Of a stretch of DNA of 64,000 nucleotides, positions 1 through 8,300 are shown one piece after another (within the stretch, counting starts at the first letter, position 1; every line of letters begins with the position of its first letter). Source of the stretch: an uncultured Solirubrobacterales bacterium (GTDB taxonomy: Bacteria > Actinomycetota > Thermoleophilia > Solirubrobacterales > JBBDJG01); assembly GCA_963774075.1 (NCBI GenBank), contig CAVZDP010000009.1, forward strand, positions 171,103-235,102. The letters are read 5' to 3'. The notes beneath the pieces are model-generated. The model did not search any database. It was not told the origin of the DNA and saw only the letters and a program-made list of their open reading frames with translations. The translations under genes were made by a program, and so were the position numbers.

Positions 1-889
1 GGACATCGGCGGCGAGATCGCGCACGTCATCCGCGGACACGTGGCCGCGACCGCGCAGGAGCGCCAGCGCGCGGCCGGCCTGGATCAGACCGATCGGCCC
101 GCGCGGGCTCGCCCCGTACTCGATCAGCGGCTCGAGCTCCTCGAGCCCGTAGTGCGCCGGGCGACGCGTGGCGTCCGCGAGCGCGACCGCGTACGCGATC
201 ACCTCGCGATCCACGAGCACCGACTGGCATGCGCGCGAATAGCGCTTCAGCTCGTCGAGGGTGAGGCACTCGCGCACCTGCGCCGGATCACCGAGGGAGC
301 GCCCGACGACGGCCGCCTCCTCGCCGGTGCTCGGGTAGTCGACCACGACCTTCATCAGGAAGCGGTCGACCTGGGCCTCGGGCAGGGGGTAGGTGCCCTC
401 GGCCTCGATCGGGTTCTGGGTCGCCATCACGAGGAACGGCAGCGGCACTTCGAACGTCTTGCCTCCGATCGTGACCTGCTGTTCCTGCATCACCTCGAGC
501 AGCGCCGACTGGACCTTGGCGGGCGCGCGGTTGATCTCGTCCGCCAGCAGGAAGTTGCCGAACACCGGCCCGAGCTCGATGTCGAACCTGCCCGTGTCGG
601 GCCGGTAGATGCGCGTGCCGACGAGATCCGCCGGCACCAGGTCGGGGGTGAACTGGATGCGGCGGAAGGTCCCGCCGAGAATCTCGGCGAAGGTCTTTAC
701 CGTGAGCGTCTTGGCCAGGCCGGGCACGCCCTCGAGCAGGACGTGCCCGCCGGCGAGGAGTGCGATGACGAGCCGCTCGAGCATCCCGTCCTGACCGACG
801 ATGACGCGCTTGACCTCGTGCAGCGCCTCGTCGAGGGTTGCGTGGGCCTCTTCACGAACGGCGGTCGGGTGTTCGGGTACGGGGGTCAC
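1..889 (-). CDS. moxR: MoxR-like AAA+ ATPase (C-terminal end runs off the left window edge)
   Basis: Absent from the ORF track because it is open to the window edge. My reverse-strand translation reads LLEGVPGLAKT (Walker A, ~700-730) and FLLADEINRAPAKVQSALLEVMQE (Walker B region, ~500-560). GTG start at 889 is preceded by AAAGGAGA (complement of 891-900). The 323-aa + strand ORF 41..1012 is Arg-rich antisense noise. Confidence 0.85.
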   Translation of the reverse strand, partial: MTPVPEHPTAVREEAHATLDEALHEVKRVIVGQDGMLERLVIALLAGGHVLLEGVPGLAKTLTVKTFAEILGGTFRRIQFTPDLVPADLVGTRIYRPDTGRFDIELGPVFGNFLLADEINRAPAKVQSALLEVMQEQQVTIGGKTFEVPLPFLVMATQNPIEAEGTYPLPEAQVDRFLMKVVVDYPSTGEEAAVVGRSLGDPAQVRECLTLDELKRYSRACQSVLVDREVIAYAVALADATRRPAHYGLEELEPLIEYGASPRGPIGLIQAGRALALLRGRGHVSADDVRDLAADV

Positions 890-926
890 AGGTCTCCTTT
901 CGAATTCTTGGCCGGCTTCGCCGGCC

Positions 927-1886
927 CTAGATCAATCTTCCGAACCAGCGCGTCGACATGGCGACGCCGAGCAGCAGGAGTGCGAGCCCCCCACCGGCGA
1001 ACGCCGACGTGATCTGGCGTTTCTCGTCGCGGTGCCCGAGCTCGGAGCCGAGCTTCTCGTAGATCTCCTTAAGGCTGTCCGCGCTGGCGGCCGAGTAGGC
1101 CTTGCCGTTCGACACGCGCGCAATCTGCGCGAGGGACTCGGGGTCGGGGGGGACGGGCCGCGAATACGTCGTTCCGTTCTTTCTCGTGACGGTGATCGTC
1201 CCCTCGTCGGTGCCCAGGGCTACCGTGTACACGCGCACGCCGAGCCGCTTCGCGGCCTCGGCCATCGCCACCGGGTCCCTACCTCTCGTCGAGGCGCCGT
1301 CAGACAGCAGGAGGACCGCCGCCGGTGGACGGCGCCTCTGCCGGCTGCCCCCAGGCCGCAGCATCTGGGTCGCCGCGCCGATCGCCTCGCCCGTGGCGGT
1401 CGCCCCGCTCGAGGTCATTCCGTCGATCGCCGCCCGAGCAGTCGCGCGATCGCGCGTCGGGCTCTGCAGCACGGTCGGAGTGCCGTTGAACGCGAGCACG
1501 CCGATGTTCACCCGGGACGGCACCGCGTCCACGAACCGCCGCGCCGCGCGCTTGCCGGCGGCCAGCCGGCTCGGCTCGAGGTCGGTCGCGGTCATCGAGC
1601 CGGACACGTCGGTCGCGAGCACGATCGACGCCCGCTCTACAGGCACGGCCACGGTGCGCTGCGGCTTCGCGGCCGCGAGGATCAGCACGGCGAGCGCGGC
1701 GGCTGCGGCCAGGATGGGCGCGTGCCGGCGCCAGCCCGGGCGCCTCGGCGCGACCGAGGGCTGAAGGGCCGGAGCGGCGAATGCGGCGGCGGCCGCGCGA
1801 CGATTGCGCTGCTCGACCAGATACATGGCCGCCAGCAGCGGCAAGGCCACGAGCCCGAGCAGTACGAGCGGCGCCGCGAAGCTCAC
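927..1886 (-). CDS. von Willebrand factor A (VWA) domain membrane protein, BatA-like
   Basis: 319-aa ORF with an N-terminal TM segment and a C-terminal TM segment. MIDAS-type motif DVSGSM, then a VLLSDG stretch. GTG start overlaps the upstream protease stop (GTGA at 1883-1886). Confidence 0.85.
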   Translation of the reverse strand: MSFAAPLVLLGLVALPLLAAMYLVEQRNRRAAAAAFAAPALQPSVAPRRPGWRRHAPILAAAAALAVLILAAAKPQRTVAVPVERASIVLATDVSGSMTATDLEPSRLAAGKRAARRFVDAVPSRVNIGVLAFNGTPTVLQSPTRDRATARAAIDGMTSSGATATGEAIGAATQMLRPGGSRQRRRPPAAVLLLSDGASTRGRDPVAMAEAAKRLGVRVYTVALGTDEGTITVTRKNGTTYSRPVPPDPESLAQIARVSNGKAYSAASADSLKEIYEKLGSELGHRDEKRQITSAFAGGGLALLLLGVAMSTRWFGRLI

Positions 1887-3088
1887 GGCGTGGTGGCGCC
1901 GGGCCGCGTTCCGAGCGTGGCGCGCAGGAGCACGGTGGACCCGTCGCGCCGCACCTCGATCTGCACCTCGTCGCCCGGTTTGTTGTTCACGATCGCTGCG
2001 GCAATGTCGGATGGCTCGCGCACCTGCACGCCGTCGACCCGGACGATGACGTCGCCTGACTTCACGCCGGCCTGGTCGGCGGGACCGTCGGGGATGGCGT
2101 TCTGGACCGCGGCGCCGCTGGGGCTCGACGGCGAGGCCGGCGAGCTCTCGAGGCCCAGGTAGGCACGCTTGATCGTCCCGCCGCGGGAAAGGACGGGAAC
2201 CACCTGGCGAACCGCGTTCGACGGCACGGCGAAACCGATGCCCACATTGCCCGGGGTCCCCGCCGTCGTTTCGATCTGCGAGTTGACGCCGATCACCCTG
2301 CCGCCGTCGTTGAGCAGCGGTCCACCCGAGTTGCCCGGATTGATCGGAGCGTCCGTCTGGATCACCGCGTCGATCGAGAAGCCGTTCGGCGCCTGGATCT
2401 CGCGCCCGACTCCGGAGACGATGCCCTCGGTGGCGGTGCGGTCGAGGCCGAACGGGTTGCCGATCGCTATCGCGGGGTCGCCCACCTGAACGGTGCGCGA
2501 GTCGGCGAGCCGGAGTGGTTTCACGCCGGCGGGCAGGCTCTGCGGATCGATGCGGACGACCGCCAGGTCGCTCGACGGGTCGGTCCCCTGCACGTTGCCG
2601 TTGATCGAGTCACTGTCCGCCCCGAAGCGCACCAGCACGCGCTCGGTCGTTCCGACCACGTGCGAGTTCGTCACGATCGTGCCGTTCCCGTCGATGAGGA
2701 AGCCGGTGCCGGACCCGCCGTTGGTCCTGATCGATACGACGGCCGGGCTCGCCGCCGCGTAGATGGCGCCGGTCCGAGTCTGGCCGCTGCGTGGCTTGAC
2801 GGCGTTGCCGGATACCGCCGGCAGTGCGTCGGGCCGGCTGCTCTCGTCGATCAGCGCGTTCGCGACCAGGACGCCGACGGCGACGACCCCCACCACGAGC
2901 CCGGCTGCCGTGAGCCTGCGGGCCCAGATGCGCCGGGATGGCGGGGTGTCCACGGGCGCGGGTGCCGGCTGGCGCCGCCGCGCGGCGGCTTCCTGAAGCG
3001 CGATCCGCTCGCGCTCGGCGGCCTCGCGGGCGCTATCGGAGCCGGCGCGCCAGTCGCCTCTCCACAGATGTCTGGGGTCGCGCCTCAT
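1883..3088 (-). CDS. HtrA/DegP-family trypsin-like serine protease with C-terminal PDZ domain
   Basis: 401-aa ORF with an N-terminal TM anchor. Has a TNSHVV His region and the GNSGGPL catalytic Ser motif. PDZ-like C-terminus (GVKSGDVIVRVDG). RBS AAAGGGGA lies upstream of the ATG at 3088. Confidence 0.85.
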   Translation of the reverse strand: MRRDPRHLWRGDWRAGSDSAREAAERERIALQEAAARRRQPAPAPVDTPPSRRIWARRLTAAGLVVGVVAVGVLVANALIDESSRPDALPAVSGNAVKPRSGQTRTGAIYAAASPAVVSIRTNGGSGTGFLIDGNGTIVTNSHVVGTTERVLVRFGADSDSINGNVQGTDPSSDLAVVRIDPQSLPAGVKPLRLADSRTVQVGDPAIAIGNPFGLDRTATEGIVSGVGREIQAPNGFSIDAVIQTDAPINPGNSGGPLLNDGGRVIGVNSQIETTAGTPGNVGIGFAVPSNAVRQVVPVLSRGGTIKRAYLGLESSPASPSSPSGAAVQNAIPDGPADQAGVKSGDVIVRVDGVQVREPSDIAAAIVNNKPGDEVQIEVRRDGSTVLLRATLGTRPGATTP

Positions 3089-3302
3089 TCGATCCCCTTT
3101 CGGCCGGCCGAATCCACCATCCCGACATTGGAGCGGCTCCTGATAAGAGGCTCGTTAAGGACCAAGAGGCCGCCGTCGACGCTGAGGTCACCGCAGGCTC
3201 TACAGGTTCTCAGAAGCCGAGAGAACTCGCGCCGCTGCATCGGGCGAGCAAACCAGCGGTTCTTGTGAGGTTGATGGCAATTGCCTGAGATCCGGCTAAG
3301 AA

Positions 3303-4901
3303 TTACTGGGTCTGGGCCTGGTCCTGCTCCTGTTCGCGCTCGCGCAGCTCGATGCGACGGATCTTGCCCGTGAGCGTCTTCGGGAGATCGTCGACGAACT
3401 CGACCCGCCGCGGGTAGGCGTAGGCCGAGTGGCGCTCGCGCACGAAGCGCTTGATCTCGTCGGCCAGCTCGGGCGACGGCTCGTGCCCCTGGGCGAGTAC
3501 CAGGAACGCCTTGACGACGTTGCCGCGCCGCTCGTCCGGTGAGGCGACCGCCGCCGCCTCCCGTACCGCCGGGTGCTCGATGCAGGCGGACTCGACCTCG
3601 AACGGCCCGATCCGGTAGCCGGCAGAGATGATGACGTCGTCGGCGCGACCGGCATACCAGAAGTAGCCATCCTCGTCCTGCTCGGCCGCGTCCTTGGTGT
3701 GGAACCACTCGCCGCCGAACGTCTCCTCGGACTCCTCGGGCCGGTTCCAGTAACCGATCGGATAGTGAGGGTTCGAGCGCGCCCGCAGACAGATCTCACC
3801 TCGCTCCCCCTGCTGAACGGGCTGCTCGTCCTCGTCGAGGATCCTCACGTCCCAGCCCGGCATCGGCCTTCCCATGGACCCCTCGCGCACTTCCATGAAC
3901 GGAAAGTTCGCGCACAGCGGATAGGACTCGGTCAGGCCGTAGAAGTCGAGCACCGTGAGCCCGTACTGCTCGCGGAACCAGCGAATCGCCTCGGGGTTCA
4001 GCGGCTCGCCGGCCGAGCAGACGATGCGGAACCGTTGCGGGTAGCGCTTCCCCGCGTCCTCGATCCCCATCATCGCGCGCATGGCCGTCGGCGTGGTGAA
4101 CACGTTCGTGACTCCGTGCTTCGAGAGGACCGCGAGCTGCTGCTCGGGATCGAAGCCGCCCTCCCGCTGGAAGACGAACTGAGTTGCGCCGAGCCGCCAC
4201 GGGCCGAGCAACGGCGCGATGCCCGCGGCCCAGGCCCATTCTCCCATCCCGTGAAATAGCTCCCCGTCGCGCACGTCGTGGCAATAGACGAACTCCTCGT
4301 GGGCCAGGATGTAACGGTGGGCGTGGAGGATGCCTTTCGCCAGGCCGGTCGTGCCGGATGAGTAGTAGAGCTGCGCGGGATCGTCGGCTGCGGTGTCGAG
4401 TGCCTCGAACCGGCTCGACGCATCGGCGAGCAGCTCGTCGTCGAGGATGAGGATCTGCTCGACGAGGTCGGGCTCGATGCGGTCGGCGTTCTCGGAGTCT
4501 GTGATCAGAACCTTCGCCTGTGAGTCCTGTATTCGATGTCGAATTCCCTCGTCTCCGTACAGGACCGACATCGAGAGCAGGATCGCGCCGAGCTTCCAGG
4601 TGCCGATGAACGCGGCCGCCGTCTCTGGCGTCGCGGGGAGGAGCATCGCCACGCGGTCTCCTCGCTCGACCCCGTGCTCGCGCAACACGTTCGCGAACTT
4701 CGCCGCCAGGTCCTGCAGCTCGCCCCAGCTCACATCGCGTCGATCGCCGCGCCAGTTCTCCCAGATCATCGCGAGCTTGTCGCGGGGGTGCTTGTCGCAG
4801 ACGTCGACCGCGATGTTGTAGCGCTCGGGAACCTCCCAGCGGTGCCGGGCACAGAGCTCGTCGTAGGTGCGTGGAACCGAAGCGGGAGTCCGGAGAGACA
4901 T
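3303..4901 (-). CDS. AMP-forming acyl-CoA synthetase / AMP-dependent ligase
   Basis: AMP-binding signature YSSGTTGLAKG, later GEICL and a C-terminal PKTLTGKIRR. The ORF is open to 5000, but the first 33 codons are atypical. M34 (MSLRTPAS, ATG at 4901) is the more likely start. Confidence 0.85.
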   Translation of the reverse strand: MSLRTPASVPRTYDELCARHRWEVPERYNIAVDVCDKHPRDKLAMIWENWRGDRRDVSWGELQDLAAKFANVLREHGVERGDRVAMLLPATPETAAAFIGTWKLGAILLSMSVLYGDEGIRHRIQDSQAKVLITDSENADRIEPDLVEQILILDDELLADASSRFEALDTAADDPAQLYYSSGTTGLAKGILHAHRYILAHEEFVYCHDVRDGELFHGMGEWAWAAGIAPLLGPWRLGATQFVFQREGGFDPEQQLAVLSKHGVTNVFTTPTAMRAMMGIEDAGKRYPQRFRIVCSAGEPLNPEAIRWFREQYGLTVLDFYGLTESYPLCANFPFMEVREGSMGRPMPGWDVRILDEDEQPVQQGERGEICLRARSNPHYPIGYWNRPEESEETFGGEWFHTKDAAEQDEDGYFWYAGRADDVIISAGYRIGPFEVESACIEHPAVREAAAVASPDERRGNVVKAFLVLAQGHEPSPELADEIKRFVRERHSAYAYPRRVEFVDDLPKTLTGKIRRIELREREQEQDQAQTQ

Positions 4902-5000
4902 GGCCGTCGAGCCTACTCGACCGGCGTCGAAATCCCGTGAAACGGCCACCAGTCCCCGTCCGCCAGGTGAAAACAACAGTGAAACGGCCGGCCTCGCCAT

Positions 5001-5027
5001 TCATCCGATCGGATGTCATCCGATCGG
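5001..5027. promoter_or_regulatory. Perfect 14-bp palindrome CATCCGATCGGATG inside a 15-nt tandem direct repeat, next to a TTGACA hexamer
   Basis: TCATCCGATCGGATG / TCATCCGATCGGTTA at 5001-5030. TTGACA at 5032-5037. Sits in the divergent region between the ligase gene and giant gene 1. Confidence 0.3.
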
Positions 5028-5385
5028 TTACTTGACAGCACCTTGGCAAACGAGGGCCTTTTCTTCACGGCATCTTGATATCCGAGTGAGTAGTGTCGCC
5101 GCCAAGGCAGGGTAGCCAGCCAAGGCCGCGGACGGCCTGAGCAGTCGAAGAACGGATCAGGGTGGAAGCGCTCACTGTTTACAGGGCGCAGCAGCAACAG
5201 GGGATAGGGGTGGATGTTCCGGGCCCCGGGCGGACCATTAGCTACGTGGCCGCGAACGTTGCCGGGTGCGTGGCAACGATCCCGACTCCTACCAACTGCC
5301 AGCCGTGCTTCAACGGCCGAGCGGTTCGGCAAGTGAAACCGGACATCGTGATCGCAGGAGCGTCTCGGCCGTGCAAGGAGGAAGG

Positions 5386-8300
5386 GTGAGAAAAGCGGGA
5401 ACTGCAAGCGGCTATAGGCGGCTCGTGTCGTGGCTTGGCGCTTCAGCCCTGCTGGTGGCGCTCATCTTGATCGCGACTGTGCCGGCCGCGGCAACACCGA
5501 GCTCCTGCGCCGCGATAGGCCTCGAGACCATCCAAACGGACAAGGCGGACTACGCCCCCGAGGAGACCGTGCACATGACCGGGACCGGCTACGCGCCGGC
5601 CTGCGACGTCGTGGTGCAGGTCACTCGCCCGAACGGGTCGATCGTGAAGGGCGATGGAAGCTTCGAGCCCGGCAGCGACACCGCCACCACCGACGGTGAC
5701 GGGAACCTCGTCTATGACTACATCCTCAACGGCATCCAGGGTGAATACGGCGTAGAAGTGCAGGGCGCCGACGGCAGCGTCCTGGCGACGACCAGCTTCA
5801 GCGACTCCGTGAGCGTCGTCTTGGAAGGCGGCGGAGACTGGAGTGCGACCGGAAGTACTTGCGCCACTCCCAACGACGCGATCTCGGACAACAACGTCCG
5901 AGCGTTGTGCGACTTCGGCGAGACCGTCGTCGGGCGAGATTTCGGCCTCCAGGCACAAGTACCTTCGTCTGCAACGGACATCAGTTTCGTTGCGATCGTC
6001 CGCGGGCGCGTGAGCAATGCCGACGACAACGACATCTTCGACGTCAGCCTCTCGCATGACGGCGGCACCAATTACACCTCTCCGGTCGTCGCCACCGACG
6101 CAGTAAACAACGTGATCCCCGCGGGAGCCGACCAAAACGTCGAGGCTCCGGCCGCCGGTACTACCGCCGCCTGTGCGGCCGGGAGCAACTTCGGGCGCAC
6201 CTGGACCTATTCGGAGCTCTCCGACGCGAACTTCCGGCTAAGGGTCGCTGCACACCCCAAGACCGTCGCGGGCACCGACGCGCTTCTCCAGCAGATGGAC
6301 ATCGACGACATCGACCTGGTCGTGTGCTACGCGGGGAGGTTCATCACCGCCGCTTCCGTCAGCGGGCCGCAGGCGAACAACCCTGGAACCCGGGACGTGT
6401 CGCTAACCGTCAATCACACCCTCGCTAACGGTTTCAGCGCAGCGACGGCCGACGATTGGGGCTCGACGGAGTACGAGATCGAGGGCCAAGGGTCGATCTG
6501 TTCCACCGTCCCGAATCCGGACGAGACCGGCAGCACCACCGACACTCACTCCATCCCCGTCGAGGCCCCGCTCGCGGCCGGTACCTACGACGTGACGATG
6601 CGGGCGTTCCGTGACGGAGCGTGCTCTCTGGGGGCGAGCGACCCGTGGGTGATCACGGACGGCATCACGGTCGATTCCAGCTTGCCGACCCTGCACAGGT
6701 CCTCCGAGAGTCAGACCTCCGCGACGTTCTCTCACGCTGTCTCCAGCGGCGGCGACCGTCTGCTCCTGGTGGCCGTGATGATCGACAGCATCGAGGACGC
6801 CACGTCCGTGACCTACGGCGGCGTGCCCCTCACGCACGAGTTCACACAGGCGGCCGGCGGTGGCACCAGCGATGGTCAAAGAGTTGAGATCTGGCGCCTC
6901 ACGAGTCCGCCGGTTGGAACCGCCAACGTCGTGGTCAACTTCGCGACCGCAGTCGCTTACAAGGGCGTCGCGGCGGCCAACTACACAGGTGTCGACCAGA
7001 GCGATCCAATCGGGGCCACCGGAGGGTCCCTCAGCGGCAGTGTCACTCTCACCACTACACAGAACGGGTCGACCATCTTCGGAGCGGTGTCGGCTGGCGG
7101 AGAGAATTCCGCCCCATTTACGACGACAAGCCCCGTTACGGAACTCTGGGACGCTGTCACCGGTGGCGGGAGCAATCAGGAGAGCACTGACGCCGGCCTG
7201 TGGGGCGGCCAGCGAGCGGCTCCATTCGCGGGTAGCAACACGATTGGCACAACGCACACGGGCCTCGCCGGCACAGATCTCGCCATCGCGGCTGTCGAGA
7301 TCAAGGCGCTCCAGACCGGCACGATCGTGATCACCAAGGACACGATCCCCGACGGCCCCCAGGACTTCACCTACACCGATGACATCGGCAACGGCTGCAC
7401 GATCGGCCCGCTCGACGACGACGCCGACAACACCAACCCCGCCAGCCAGACCTGCAACAACGTCACGCCCGGCCCCTACACGGTGACCGAGGACGACCCC
7501 ACGCCCGGCTTCGACCTCACCGACCTCGACTGCACCGACCCCGACAGCGGCACCACGACCTCGACCGCCAGCCGCCAGGCCTCGATCGACCTCGACCCGG
7601 GCGAGACCGTCAGCTGCACGTTCGAGAACACCGAGCGCGGCACGATCGTGATCACCAAGGACACGATCCCCGACGGCCCCCAGGACTTCACCTACACCGA
7701 TGACATCGGCAACGGCTGCACGATCGGCCCGCTCGACGACGACGCCGACAACACCAACCCCGCCAGCCAGACCTGCAACAACGTCACGCCCGGCCCCTAC
7801 ACGGTGACCGAGGACGACCCCACGCCCGGCTTCGACCTCACCGACCTCGACTGCACCGACCCCGACAGCGGCACCACGACCTCGACCGCCAGCCGCCAGG
7901 CCTCGATCGACCTCGACCCGGGCGAGACCGTCAGCTGCACGTTCGAGAACACCGAGCGCGGCACGATCGTGATCACCAAGGACACGATCCCCGACGGCCC
8001 CCAGGACTTCACCTACACCGATGACATCGGCAACGGCTGCACGATCGGCCCGCTCGACGACGACGCCGACAACACCAACCCCGCCAGCCAGACCTGCAAC
8101 AACGTCACGCCCGGCCCCTACACGGTGACCGAGGACGACCCCACGCCCGGCTTCGACCTCACCGACCTCGACTGCACCGACCCCGACAGCGGCACCACGA
8201 CCTCGACCGCCAGCCGCCAGGCCTCGATCGACCTCGACCCGGGCGAGACCGTCAGCTGCACGTTCGAGAACACCGAGCGCGGCACGATCGTGATCACCAA

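Noticed and set aside
41-1012. 323-aa + strand ORF at the left edge
   Set aside because: Arg/Ala/Leu-rich low-complexity translation. The opposite strand encodes a clear MoxR ATPase with Walker A/B motifs and a good RBS.
3796-5049. 417-aa minus-strand ORF overlapping the acyl-CoA synthetase in another frame
   Set aside because: Extremely Arg-rich, with no motifs. The 3303..4901 frame carries the AMP-binding signatures.
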